Below are positions 1 to 9,640 of a stretch of 34,433 nt of DNA, in pieces. How positions within the stretch are numbered: the first letter of the stretch is position 1; each line of letters starts with the position of its first letter. A model generated the notes under the pieces. That model made no database searches. It was not told the DNA's origin and worked only from the letters and a program-made list of their open reading frames with translations. The translations under genes were made by a program, and so were the position numbers. Source of the DNA: Candidatus Aenigmatarchaeota archaeon (GTDB lineage: Archaea; Aenigmatarchaeota; Aenigmatarchaeia; QMZP01); contig JAVZYR010000002.1 in the NCBI GenBank assembly GCA_038999435.1, positions 1 through 34,433 of the forward strand, in the 5' to 3' direction.

Positions 1-2
1 TT

Positions 3-281
3 GTGCTTTTATTGCTAGCATTGGTTGGAGTGAAAACCGAGGAAACGTTCCTAAAAACTGAATGGGGTAAATGGGCATTCATACTTACAATAATGGCAAT
101 TGGTATTGCACTCTTTTTTGGTGCAGGTGGACAGAACCTTGTTGCAATGCCTGGATGGGCATTTAGCTCACAGCTTTGGACAGTTGTTTTCTTTGTTGTT
201 ATTTTGGCAATTGTCCTTTTAATGCTCGGTGGAGAGGAAAAAAAGAAAACTGCTGATGCTGGTGGTGGCAAACCCGGATAA
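3..281 (+). CDS. Integral membrane protein, C-terminal fragment (5' end lies outside the window)
   Basis: Frame is open to the left edge. Hydrophobic spans WAFILTIMAIGIALFF and LWTVVFFVVILAIVLLML are followed by a Lys/Gly-rich tail. No family recognised. Confidence 0.4.
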   Translation: MLLLLALVGVKTEETFLKTEWGKWAFILTIMAIGIALFFGAGGQNLVAMPGWAFSSQLWTVVFFVVILAIVLLMLGGEEKKKTADAGGGKPG

Positions 282-304
282 AAGGTTTTGACTTTGAATG
301 TTAT

Positions 305-967
305 ATGAAACAATATATTATTATTGGAATAATTATTGTATTTATTGGAATAATTTTAATTTATGAATGCGTTCAAACAATACAACAACAAGTGTTGAAA
401 GGAGGACCTGCAGTTAGTGGTTGGGTATATGTTATAGAAACTAGTGAAGGAATAAAACCTTATTTTGTAACAGAAAAGTTAGAAATATGGGACAAAGACA
501 AAATAAAGGAAAAAACAGGTATAAATGTATCAGTTGAGAAAAAAATTGTTCCACAAGAAATAATTGATTTTGCTGAAAATGAGCTATCTAAATGTCTCCC
601 TCCAAAATATATAATAGAAGAATGGGTGCCTTGTAATAATGGCTGGTTAGGTATATCTTCTAGTTATATGATTAATAATGAAACTAAAGGTTTTATTTTA
701 CCAAGAGGAATTTTACTTTATGTGCTCCCTTCTAATGAAATAGTAGTAAGTGCCAATTGTATTTGTGAGCCAGAGCAAAAAGAAATTGTACCACCTAAAG
801 ATAAGCAAGTAATGGAACCAAGAGAAAATATGACCGAAGAATGGCCTTGTGCAACTGATGATATTCTTGAACTAAGAAAGCAGAGCAGATCTGTAATTGA
901 CGAATATATAAAAACAATAAATGGAAGAATCTTATTTGATTATTATGCAACTTATGTATTAACATAA
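305..967 (+). CDS. Hypothetical membrane-anchored extracytoplasmic protein
   Basis: 220-aa ORF with N-terminal anchor YIIIGIIIVFIGIILIY and six Cys in the soluble part. Low GC. No family recognised. Confidence 0.45.
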   Translation: MKQYIIIGIIIVFIGIILIYECVQTIQQQVLKGGPAVSGWVYVIETSEGIKPYFVTEKLEIWDKDKIKEKTGINVSVEKKIVPQEIIDFAENELSKCLPPKYIIEEWVPCNNGWLGISSSYMINNETKGFILPRGILLYVLPSNEIVVSANCICEPEQKEIVPPKDKQVMEPRENMTEEWPCATDDILELRKQSRSVIDEYIKTINGRILFDYYATYVLT

Positions 968-1055
968 TACAAAAATCCTTTAGCTAACTTTAAATTTTTC
1001 ACTCAATCCAGATTGTTAATTCTGAATAAATAAGATAAAAACGAAAAATTTAAAA

Positions 1056-1817
1056 CTATTTTTCCTTTTTCTCTTTGAGCTCCTTTATAGTATCTGAAAG
1101 GGCTCTAAGTGTTGTAAGCATGGGTGTTAGTGCATCCCTCATAACACGCTCAAGAGATTCCATCCTACTTGCCATATCACCAAGCGATGCACGATAGCTC
1201 TCGAGCCCACCCTTAATTGCATCGATGTCAGATTTTTTAATACCAACAACGTCGCGCACAGCTGCTTCAATTGTCTCAAGCCTGCTTGTCAGATTATCAA
1301 GCCTCGCTCTTATTTCATCCCTTTCCCGCTCAAATGTCTCCCATCTTTCTGCAATTATTGCTTCTGCAATTTCCTCAATTTCAGCCCTTCTTTCAATAGG
1401 TTCTTTTGCCTTTAGTGGTGGTATCCTCATCTCCTCTGTTGGCATCTCCTCTTCTATTTCCGGTCTTTTTGGTGGAAGTTCTGGAGGTTTCCATTCTTCC
1501 ATCCCAGGTAATGGCACCTCAGGCAAGGCCTCAGCCGGCACACCTGGCCTTGCAAGCCTTGGTGGTCGCTCTTCAGGAAGCTCTTCAAAAGGTATTGGCC
1601 TTATGGCAGGTGCAGGCATTATTTCTTCTCTTCTTGGCAGGCCTGGCTCAACAGCCTTTTTTACAATCTCTCTTAGTGCAGCATCTACATCCTTTGGTGA
1701 ATAACCTTCATCTTTCATTGTTTTTATAATTTGTGGTTCTGAGAAGCCCTGAGCAGAGAGCTCTTTTGCCCTCTCTGCTGCTGTGATCTTTGGTTTTTTC
1801 TTAAAAAGAGAGATCAT
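1056..1817 (-). CDS. Hypothetical protein: small N-terminal helical domain, Pro/Glu-rich linker, C-terminal coiled coil
   Basis: 253-aa ORF. N-terminus is AERAKELSAQGFSEPQIIKTMKDEGYSPKDVDAALREI (UBA-like look). About 85 aa are Pro/Glu-rich. The C-terminal heptad region (RLDNLTSRLETIEAAVRDVV) resembles the downstream neighbour 1845-2246. The plus-strand ORFs overlapping it are low-complexity shadows. Confidence 0.6.
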   Translation of the reverse strand: MISLFKKKPKITAAERAKELSAQGFSEPQIIKTMKDEGYSPKDVDAALREIVKKAVEPGLPRREEIMPAPAIRPIPFEELPEERPPRLARPGVPAEALPEVPLPGMEEWKPPELPPKRPEIEEEMPTEEMRIPPLKAKEPIERRAEIEEIAEAIIAERWETFERERDEIRARLDNLTSRLETIEAAVRDVVGIKKSDIDAIKGGLESYRASLGDMASRMESLERVMRDALTPMLTTLRALSDTIKELKEKKEK

Positions 1818-1844
1818 ATTTATTTTTCTCCTTTCTTTTATAAA

Positions 1845-2246
1845 TCACTTCATCCTCTCCTCAATCATCCTTTCAACTTCTTGCTTTGTGATAAATTGCG
1901 ATTTGAGTGGGTTATATATCTCTATCAGCTCTTCAAGTTCCCTTATCTTGGATGTGGTTGCAACCCTCTTCAGTTGTTCAACAATCTCCTTTACTGTTGT
2001 CTCTATCTTTGCTATTCTATCTTCAATCTGAGAAATCCTATCATTAAGCTCTCTTGCCATGTTTGTCATACTTTTTTTCTGCTCAAAAAGGCTTGCTTCC
2101 ATATTATCAGCCCTTGTAGCAAACGTGTCTGCCTTTTCCTCAAGAACACGTAGACGGCGTGTATCTGTATTTGTACGCTCTATGAGTTCATTGAGTATAT
2201 CGCGGACAGTTAATTTTTTTGGTGGAACTTTCTCAGGTCCTGCCAT
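1845..2246 (-). CDS. Hypothetical coiled-coil protein (likely paralogous to the C-terminal part of 1056-1817)
   Basis: 133-aa ORF, 27 nt upstream of and co-directional with 1056-1817. Heptad-rich (RISQIEDRIAKIETTVKEIVEQL). No family recognised. Confidence 0.6.
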   Translation of the reverse strand: MAGPEKVPPKKLTVRDILNELIERTNTDTRRLRVLEEKADTFATRADNMEASLFEQKKSMTNMARELNDRISQIEDRIAKIETTVKEIVEQLKRVATTSKIRELEELIEIYNPLKSQFITKQEVERMIEERMK

Positions 2247-2282
2247 AATATTTATTTCTCCCGATAATATTAATAATCAGCT

Positions 2283-4523
2283 ATGGTATGCACATGTCCC
2301 TATGAGTATAATGAGGATAAACTAAGAATAAAGGTAAATTGCCTTGGTTCTATTTACGGCTCATCTATAGAAGATTTTCCAGAATGTATGGGCCGTGTCA
2401 TAGACATACTTCTTGAAATAAAAAAGGTCAATTCTATCGTTCTTGCAAGACAGAGAGAATATGAATACGATGAGAGACAGGTCAGGATGCTTCAAGAGAT
2501 TTCTGCAGTCATAGAATGGGCAATATCAGAAAAGCTCATAGCATACAACATGGAATGCAAGGCATATCCTGATTGGAACAAGACCCTGCAATATCTCATT
2601 TTTGAATTGATTAGAAAAGACCCGGTTGGTGCATATGTTGAGCTATTAAGGGAGATAAGAAATGTTAGATATAAGGCAAAAAAAGAGCCAAAATGCGCTG
2701 AAATGCTTGAAAAGTATATCTCAGATGTTCTTGATGTGCTCAGGGAAAAATTAGAAACAACAGAACTGATAAGATCTGCCAAACCTATGCTTGCAACGTA
2801 TAAATTTGGCGATAGAACGATATACAGAGATATATTCAGACCAACAACAAGGCCAAATTTTATGTTCACAAGATACATGGTAACACCACCAGAAGGTGCT
2901 GTATCTGTTGACAGATATATGGTTGGGGATACAAAAGTAGAGATATTCAGGGTGCCGCACACAACGCAATATCTCTATTTCACGCTTCCACCAGAATTTC
3001 GGCTTACAGAAGAAAAATATGCTATACTCGATGCTGCAAGGCAGACGATGGCTGCACACAGACCATTGACTGCTGAACTATTGAAGTCAGAGCGCATAAT
3101 TGAGATATTCTATAATATAAGCAAGGATGTGATAAGAGAGACAGCAGATAAGATGGGGATATACCTCTCTGCTGCTGATATAAAAACCCTTGCAACGATT
3201 CTCACACGATACACTGCAGGATATGGCATACTTGAGATACTGCTTGCAGATGAAAAGATTCAGGATATATACATCAACTCTCCGATTGAGAAAACACCGA
3301 TATTAATAAGCCATGCAGATTGGCATGAATGCTCAACGAATATCATCCCTACATATGAGGATGCCGATGCATGGGCAACGCGGTTAAGGATACAATCAGG
3401 AAGGCCATTAGATGAAGCAAATCCTGTGCTTGATACAGATGTGACAATACCCGGCATAGGTGCAGCGAGGTTTGCTGCAATCACACGAAGCCTTTCACCA
3501 GAGGGACTTGCATTTGCAATACGTAGGCACAGATTCAAACCATGGACGCTAAATCTTTTTATAAAGAACAGGATGCTAAATCCACTTGCAGCAGGCCTTA
3601 TATCTTTTCTTGTTGATGGTGCGGTCTCGATGCTCGTTGCAGGTGGACGTGGTGCAGGAAAGACATCATTGCTTGCAGCTATCATCCTTGAGATACTACC
3701 ACAAATACGTATTGTCACGATAGAAGATACGCTTGAACTTCCTGTTAGGCAGCTCATAGAACTTGGTTACAACATCGAGTCAATGAAATCGCGCTCTGTC
3801 ATAACAAGGGTTGAGACAGAGATGCCTGCTGATGAGGCGCTCAGGACATCGCTTAGGCTTGGTGATTCCTCACTCATTGTCGGTGAGATTCGATCCCTTG
3901 AAGCAAAGGCGTTGTGGGAGGCAATGAGGATTGGCGCACTATCAAATGTCGTTGCTGGTACAATCCATGGCGAGTCTGCTTATGGTGTTTATGACAGGGT
4001 TGTAAATGATTTAGGCGTCCCTCCAACTTCATTCAAAGCATCAGATATCATTATCATATGCAAAATGCTAAGGTCTGCTGATGGCCTACATAGATTTAGA
4101 AGGATTACAGAGATAGTTGAGGTGAGAAAGAAATGGGAACATGACCCAGTAAAAGAGGGCGGGTTCGTTAATCTCATGGAATATCGAAGCAAGGACGATG
4201 AACTTAAACCAACAGAAACATTGCTGAATGGTGAGTCAGAAATATTGAACAGGGTTGCTTCGATGGTGCGGGAATGGGCTGGAAATTGGTCAGCAGTATG
4301 GGAAAATATAAATCTAAGGGCAAAGATAAAACAAAAAATAGTTGAGACAGCAGAGGAACTGCGCAGGCCAGAGCTGCTCGAGGCTGAATGGGCAATCAAG
4401 TCGAATGTACGCTATCATTTACTAGCAGAAAGCATAAGAAACGAGGTTGGTTTTGCTGACCCAAAAAGGATTTATGATGAGTGGTTAAAATGGTTTAAGG
4501 AGGAGGTAAAAAGACATGCCTGA
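2283..4523 (+). CDS. FlaI/PilB/VirB11-superfamily secretion (type IV filament) ATPase with a long N-terminal extension
   Basis: 746 aa. Walker A VAGGRGAGKTSLL, Asp box RIVTIEDTLEL, Walker B SLIVGEIRSLEA, His box AGTIHGESA. About 300 aa of N-terminal region begin with a Cys-containing stretch (MVCTCPYEY...VNC). Confidence 0.85.
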   Translation: MVCTCPYEYNEDKLRIKVNCLGSIYGSSIEDFPECMGRVIDILLEIKKVNSIVLARQREYEYDERQVRMLQEISAVIEWAISEKLIAYNMECKAYPDWNKTLQYLIFELIRKDPVGAYVELLREIRNVRYKAKKEPKCAEMLEKYISDVLDVLREKLETTELIRSAKPMLATYKFGDRTIYRDIFRPTTRPNFMFTRYMVTPPEGAVSVDRYMVGDTKVEIFRVPHTTQYLYFTLPPEFRLTEEKYAILDAARQTMAAHRPLTAELLKSERIIEIFYNISKDVIRETADKMGIYLSAADIKTLATILTRYTAGYGILEILLADEKIQDIYINSPIEKTPILISHADWHECSTNIIPTYEDADAWATRLRIQSGRPLDEANPVLDTDVTIPGIGAARFAAITRSLSPEGLAFAIRRHRFKPWTLNLFIKNRMLNPLAAGLISFLVDGAVSMLVAGGRGAGKTSLLAAIILEILPQIRIVTIEDTLELPVRQLIELGYNIESMKSRSVITRVETEMPADEALRTSLRLGDSSLIVGEIRSLEAKALWEAMRIGALSNVVAGTIHGESAYGVYDRVVNDLGVPPTSFKASDIIIICKMLRSADGLHRFRRITEIVEVRKKWEHDPVKEGGFVNLMEYRSKDDELKPTETLLNGESEILNRVASMVREWAGNWSAVWENINLRAKIKQKIVETAEELRRPELLEAEWAIKSNVRYHLLAESIRNEVGFADPKRIYDEWLKWFKEEVKRHA

Positions 4524-4674
4524 GGATGGAAGGGTAAGGGTTAAAAGATGGATATGTATAGTTTGTGGAAGCGTTTTTGAAAATCACAGCCCTCCAATAA
4601 AATGTCCAAATTGTGGTGCGAGCAAAGAGGACTTTATGCTTGAAGAGGCTTTAATAAAAAAGAAGAAAAAATAA
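4516..4674 (+). CDS. Small rubredoxin-like zinc-ribbon protein (52 aa, below the ORF-track cutoff)
   Basis: ATG overlaps the ATPase stop (ATGCCTGA) and follows GGAGGAGG. Translation is MPEDGRVRVKRWICIVCGSVFENHSPPIKCPNCGASKEDFMLEEALIKKKKK. The CxxC...CxxC pattern resembles the C-terminal rubredoxin-like domain of rubrerythrin. Confidence 0.5.
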   Translation: MPEDGRVRVKRWICIVCGSVFENHSPPIKCPNCGASKEDFMLEEALIKKKKK

Positions 4675-4676
4675 AT

Positions 4677-6572
4677 ATGCATCGTGTTCTTGAGGCATCA
4701 GGCAAAAAGGTCATACTTTTAGGTAATGAGGCGGTTGTGAGAGGTGCATTAGAGGCAGGCGTAGGGTTTGCAACAACATATCCTGGTACACCTGCATCAG
4801 AGATTGGAGATACATTTTCTGAAATTGCAAAAGAGGCAGGTATTTATTTTGAGTACTCAGTCAATGAAAAGGTGGCAACAGAGGCTGCAGCAGGAGCTGC
4901 ATGGTGTGGTGTACGTTCTCTTGTTTCATTCAAACATTTTGGTTTGAATGTTGCAGCAGATTCGGTGTATCCAATTGCATTTCATGGTGTAAAGGCAGGT
5001 ATGGTTATAGTTGTTGCCGATGACCCTGGTTGCTGGTCATCAGGTCAATCAGAACAAGATAGCAGATGGTATGCCCGACTCATGCACATCCCAATGCTCG
5101 AGCCCTCAAACCCTGAAGAATGCAAGAGCTTCACAAAGCTTGCATTTGAGCTTTCAGAAAGATTTGGCATCCCTGTTTTTATTCGACTTACAACACGGGT
5201 TAGTCATGCAAGTGCAGGTGTAAGACTTGGAAAGATTGTCAAAGGGATGACAAAAGGGAGATTTGTAAAGGGTGATGAGAAATGGCATAACATGCCACCA
5301 AGGATTCTTACAAGGCATAATGAGATAAACAAAAAACTGGCTGAAATCAGAGAATGGGCAAAGGAAAAGGGCCTCAATCAGATCTACTATAAAGGTTCAG
5401 AAAAACAGTTTGGAATAATTGCAAATGGGGCTGCATTTAACTATGTCATGGAATCACTAAAATTGTTTGGGCTCAAGATTCCTGTGCTTAAGCTAAACAT
5501 GACATGGCCTTTTCCAGAAAAAACAATTTCAAGATTCATAAAAGGTCTTAAATCAGTTCTGATTGTCGAAGAGCTTGAGCCAATAATAGAAAAAGAAGTT
5601 GAAGGGATAGCAAAGTCTGTTAATCCAAAATTAAAAATACACGGCAAGGATATATTGCCAGAATTTTGCGAATTAAGACAGGAGACAGTTGACAATGCCC
5701 TTGCAAGATTAACAGGGGCGAGGCAGAAAATAAAAGACCTCGAGATTAGTGGCAAAAATCTTTCGAAGATAGAATTTCCGAAAAGGACACCAACACTCTG
5801 CCCTGGCTGTCCACACAGAGCAACTTTTTGGGAGGTAAAGGCAGCCACAACATCTGATACGGTGTTTGGTGGTGATATTGGTTGTTACATCCTCGGCATA
5901 CACAAACCGATTGAGATGCAGGATTTCATCATCTCAATGGGTGCAGTACAGGGTCTTAGCCATGGTATCAGTAAGGTGTCTGATAAACAGCAGGTTGTGG
6001 CATTTATCGGTGATAGCACATTCTTCCATGCAGGCATACCAGGGCTCATAAACATAGCATATAATAGCTCATCACCTCTTGTCGTTGTGCTTGACAATTT
6101 TGCAACTGCCATGACAGGCCACCAACCACATCCAGGGACTGGCGAGACGGGTATGGGTGAGCAGGTAGAAAAGATAAAAATAGAAGACATAGCTACTGCA
6201 TGTGGTATAAAGGAGATTGCTGTGATTGATATCTGGGATGTGAAGGGTAGCATTGCAAAGATAAGGGAGATGTTACAAAAACCAGGGCCCAAGCTTGTCA
6301 TTGCAAGAGGAGAGTGCAGGCTGCAATTTATGAGAAGGGCAAGACGGGCTGGTACAAAAATACCTACTGCAGAGATTGACCCAAAAAAATGCAGCAGATG
6401 CTCTGTTTGCGTCTATAAATTTGGCTGCCCTGCAATACATAGGGATAGGAAAAAGGATTTGTATTACATCGACCCTGATATGTGCTGGGGATGTGGTGTG
6501 TGCATATCTGTATGCCCATTCAGTGCAATATCTTTCAAAAAGGAGGAAGGGGATGAAAGCAAAACTACTTGA
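4677..6572 (+). CDS. iorA: Indolepyruvate:ferredoxin oxidoreductase, alpha subunit
   Basis: 631 aa. N-terminal TYPGTPASEI, TPP-binding GDSTFFHAG, and two C-terminal [4Fe-4S] motifs (CSRCSVCVYKFGCP, CWGCGVCISVCP). Confidence 0.9.
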   Translation: MHRVLEASGKKVILLGNEAVVRGALEAGVGFATTYPGTPASEIGDTFSEIAKEAGIYFEYSVNEKVATEAAAGAAWCGVRSLVSFKHFGLNVAADSVYPIAFHGVKAGMVIVVADDPGCWSSGQSEQDSRWYARLMHIPMLEPSNPEECKSFTKLAFELSERFGIPVFIRLTTRVSHASAGVRLGKIVKGMTKGRFVKGDEKWHNMPPRILTRHNEINKKLAEIREWAKEKGLNQIYYKGSEKQFGIIANGAAFNYVMESLKLFGLKIPVLKLNMTWPFPEKTISRFIKGLKSVLIVEELEPIIEKEVEGIAKSVNPKLKIHGKDILPEFCELRQETVDNALARLTGARQKIKDLEISGKNLSKIEFPKRTPTLCPGCPHRATFWEVKAATTSDTVFGGDIGCYILGIHKPIEMQDFIISMGAVQGLSHGISKVSDKQQVVAFIGDSTFFHAGIPGLINIAYNSSSPLVVVLDNFATAMTGHQPHPGTGETGMGEQVEKIKIEDIATACGIKEIAVIDIWDVKGSIAKIREMLQKPGPKLVIARGECRLQFMRRARRAGTKIPTAEIDPKKCSRCSVCVYKFGCPAIHRDRKKDLYYIDPDMCWGCGVCISVCPFSAISFKKEEGDESKTT

Positions 6573-7167
6573 TGAATATAACATTGTGGTTGTTGGTGTA
6601 GGTGGGCAAGGGCTGTTAACGTTAGCAGGTGCTATTGCACGGGCTGCGCTTGAGCATGGCTATGAGGTTAGGGCAGCTGAATTACATGGACTCTCACAGA
6701 GATTTGGTTCAATCGAGACAAGCCTACGTTTTGGGAAAAATATCTATTCACCTATTGTTAGGCAAGCATCCGCAGACTTGGTAATTGCATTAGAACCTGC
6801 AGAAGCAATAAAGGCATGTTATTATGCAAGTCAAAAAACAGCATTCCTTCTCGATACAAAACCAATCGTGCCGAACATAATGTATCAGGAAGGGATAGAA
6901 TATCCTAGTATAGATGAGATTAAAGCTCGAATAAATATATTTTCAAAAAAGATTATAACTGTCAATGCATCAGAAGATACAAAAGCGCTAACAGGCAGCA
7001 CAATTCAAGCAAACATATATCTTCTTGGTAGGGCTGCTTCAGAAAGCCTGATACCTCTTAAAAAGGAATGGTTGATAAAAGGGATTGAAGAGGTTGTACC
7101 GCCTGCTACGGTCGAGGCGAATAAAAAAGTTTTTGAGGCAGGATGGAGAAGCAAGTTTAATTTTTGA
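6553..7167 (+). CDS. iorB: Indolepyruvate:ferredoxin oxidoreductase, beta subunit
   Basis: Start chosen at the ATG preceded by AAGGAGGAAGGGG, overlapping the iorA end. Sequence MKAKLLDEYNIVVVGVGGQGLLT is typical of the gamma/beta-type oxidoreductase subunit. The track ORF start at 6376 lies inside iorA. Confidence 0.85.
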   Translation: MKAKLLDEYNIVVVGVGGQGLLTLAGAIARAALEHGYEVRAAELHGLSQRFGSIETSLRFGKNIYSPIVRQASADLVIALEPAEAIKACYYASQKTAFLLDTKPIVPNIMYQEGIEYPSIDEIKARINIFSKKIITVNASEDTKALTGSTIQANIYLLGRAASESLIPLKKEWLIKGIEEVVPPATVEANKKVFEAGWRSKFNF

Positions 7168-7184
7168 TTTTTTGTTGCTAAGCT

Positions 7185-8540
7185 TTACAAACCAGTTTTG
7201 AAAATATATGTTGTCTGATTGTAAGCTCCTCTACCTTCACAAATCAGCTCATTCTCAGATTTTATAATTTCAAAAAGATTATTCCTTTTTTGTTCGCATT
7301 CTTTTGTGTTACAAGGGAAGGAATCAGGAGTGAAAATTATATAAGAACTTGAATTTTTAAACTGGCGATATGCATCAAATGCGCCTTCCAAAGAATAATA
7401 ACCTGTTATGCGATTATCAACATATTTTGCTATCAAGGGTGTTGAACTTAGAATATGACCTGGGCCCAGCTGACATTCTGTCAATATATTCGGTTTTTCA
7501 ATCTGCATTGTATTCAAATAATATCCAATTATACCGATTGAGGCTATTGATAGCGCAATCATTAATGGGAGCAGATTTTTAGATTTCATTTTTGAAAACT
7601 TTTCAGCAAATCCGTACGAGCTGAGTAGTGCCAGATAGGGTGTAAATGGAATTGCAAACCGTACATCTTTATGCACTAATAATGTAAAATAACTAAAGAA
7701 CAAAAGTAGACAAACGACCAAAATGTTCAAATCTTTTTTAAGCCACAATTTTTTCTTGAAATAAAAATAAAAACCGGCAATTGTGAAAATAAAAAACAAA
7801 TTCTGGACTGGTAGCACCCAAAAATAAAAACTAACACCTAAATCATACAACCAAAGATATTCTCCATACACTGCTTCTACAGCATAAGGAAATGGTGCCA
7901 AGGCTGAGCCATATGTTATTTGGTTAAAAACAAAATATGGGATCACGATACAGAATCCTATCAAAAAACTTGCTATCGACTTAATTTTTTTCCTTTTTAA
8001 AAAATCAAGAAATAGCAAACAAATAATCGCCAAAAATACAAGACCTTGAGGGAATCTTGTTAGGAAGGCCAAACCAGCAGCCAAACCAGAAAAGATAGGC
8101 TGTTTCTTAATAAAAAACCATATTGCTACTAGAGCAAAAAAAGTTGATGGGATATCTGTAAGCAAAGAAAGGGAGAGAGAGAAAAATATTGGTGTAATTG
8201 ACAAAATTACTGCAGCTAATAAACCAACCCTTTTATTAAAAATCTCTTTTCCAATCAAAAAAACCATAAAAATACAACCTATGGAAAACAGTAAAGCAAT
8301 TATATGACCAATTAAAATCACATCTTGCCCAGCAAACCAAAAAAAACCCAAAATTACAGGTATTAGTAGTGGTCTGATAGGTTCCCAAAGTCCGGCCTGA
8401 CCACCCGAATAGAGCCATTTGCCCATTCCTATGTAAACAGATTCATCCCAATCAACAAGAGGCCATCTTGCTAAAATAAAAAATTGTATGACAGAAAAAA
8501 CCGCTATCAATAAATATACATTTTGATCAAGTCTGATCAT
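7185..8540 (-). CDS. GT-C fold glycosyltransferase, ArnT/PMT_2 (GT39/GT83-like) family
   Basis: 451 aa with more than 10 predicted TM spans. An acidic DE motif sits in the first loop (WPLVDWDESVYIGMGKW). A C-terminal soluble domain is present. Confidence 0.7.
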   Translation of the reverse strand: MIRLDQNVYLLIAVFSVIQFFILARWPLVDWDESVYIGMGKWLYSGGQAGLWEPIRPLLIPVILGFFWFAGQDVILIGHIIALLFSIGCIFMVFLIGKEIFNKRVGLLAAVILSITPIFFSLSLSLLTDIPSTFFALVAIWFFIKKQPIFSGLAAGLAFLTRFPQGLVFLAIICLLFLDFLKRKKIKSIASFLIGFCIVIPYFVFNQITYGSALAPFPYAVEAVYGEYLWLYDLGVSFYFWVLPVQNLFFIFTIAGFYFYFKKKLWLKKDLNILVVCLLLFFSYFTLLVHKDVRFAIPFTPYLALLSSYGFAEKFSKMKSKNLLPLMIALSIASIGIIGYYLNTMQIEKPNILTECQLGPGHILSSTPLIAKYVDNRITGYYSLEGAFDAYRQFKNSSSYIIFTPDSFPCNTKECEQKRNNLFEIIKSENELICEGRGAYNQTTYIFKTGL

Positions 8541-8542
8541 AT

Positions 8543-9640
8543 CTATCTAGGTAAATTCATTTTTAATATTATAGCCAAAATAATATGTCTTAGGATAACA
8601 AGTATAAATGATGCTATAAAAAACACAGACCACACATAATTACCAAAGTAAAAACCAATTTGTTTATAAAAAGTATAATGATAGGTAATGAAGAAAAGGA
8701 TAGCTATGTTAACTATTTCTAAAGAATAGAAAAATTTCAAACTGGGTCTAAAAAGAACATAGAAAGGTAATAACCAAAGAAGATATTGAGGAGAAAAAAC
8801 ACTATTGAACAAAATAAATATTAAAAGCAATAAAAAACACAATTTTGCATATGAAACAAAACGATATTTGATTAGTATTAGAAAATAGAAAATTCCGATA
8901 AATGAAAACGTTAAAATTGATATTATATTTCTGTTTACTGGACTGAGGGCTATAGGTATAAACCAAATAGAATCTGGATTTGGGCCTCTTGAAAAATGAA
9001 AATTAAATATATTCCACCAACCAGAAAAATTTATTATCATAAAACCTAAATTTATCGCAAGAAATACGCTAATAAAAGTTATTAATATTTTGAAAATATG
9101 ATTTCTAGATTTTCCAAGAAAAAGTGGTAAAAGAAATAAAATTGGAAAAAATTTGGCACAAAAACCTAATGATAAAAAAACAGAAGCACATGTAAATTTT
9201 TTTCTTTCAGACAAATACAGGGCTATAGCAGTAAACATTACTGCTATTATATCCCAATTGTAAAAAAGGAACCAAATAAAAGAAGGTGCTAAAACCCAAA
9301 AAATAATTAGATATTTTTTATCAATTTTCTTTAAAATAGCAATTTTATACAATACAAATGATGTTATAATAGCAAAAACACTCAGAACAGTCAATGACAG
9401 AATTAGATACCATTTCTCACCACCCAACTGACCCATTACATGTATGAATAAACCTGTCAAAACAGGATATTCAATTAATTTGTTCACGTATGGTAAGCTT
9501 GGGTCAACTGCTATTTTTTGGAATTGCCCTATATCCGTATATCTTACAAGTCCTGGGATTTCAGAAAACAGCTCACTTTTTAAGAAAAAACTTGCCATGC
9601 AAGCCAAAATGGTAAGTACTATTATATGAGTTAATCTCAT
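8543..9640 (-). CDS. Polytopic GT-C-like mannosyltransferase (DUF2029/GT87/PIG-V-like)
   Basis: Start set at MRLTHIIVL (ATG 9640), which has GGAGG 12 nt upstream. Motif LIEYPVLTGLFIHVMG lies after TM1 and many TM spans follow. The stop is 2 nt before the start of 7185-8540. Very AT-rich. Confidence 0.55.
   Translation of the reverse strand: MRLTHIIVLTILACMASFFLKSELFSEIPGLVRYTDIGQFQKIAVDPSLPYVNKLIEYPVLTGLFIHVMGQLGGEKWYLILSLTVLSVFAIITSFVLYKIAILKKIDKKYLIIFWVLAPSFIWFLFYNWDIIAVMFTAIALYLSERKKFTCASVFLSLGFCAKFFPILFLLPLFLGKSRNHIFKILITFISVFLAINLGFMIINFSGWWNIFNFHFSRGPNPDSIWFIPIALSPVNRNIISILTFSFIGIFYFLILIKYRFVSYAKLCFLLLLIFILFNSVFSPQYLLWLLPFYVLFRPSLKFFYSLEIVNIAILFFITYHYTFYKQIGFYFGNYVWSVFFIASFILVILRHIILAIILKMNLPR

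Noticed and set aside
1225-1729. Two plus-strand ORFs (159 and 107 aa) overlapping the Pro/Glu-rich gene
   Set aside because: Their translations are Ser/Leu low-complexity mirror images of the minus-strand Pro/Glu/coiled-coil gene. The minus-strand ORF is longer and has coherent domain organisation.
2492-4399. Several minus-strand ORFs (102-165 aa) inside the secretion ATPase gene
   Set aside because: They are antisense shadows of a gene with unambiguous Walker A/B, Asp and His boxes, and they carry no motifs of their own. The same reasoning applies to antisense ORFs inside iorA, nrdD, the GT2 gene, vps4, cca, dnaG and the CBS gene.
6376-6552. Upstream extension of the iorB ORF (track start 6376)
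   Set aside because: It lies wholly inside iorA (the ferredoxin-domain region read in another frame). The ATG at 6553 has a strong Shine-Dalgarno sequence and gives the canonical N-terminus.
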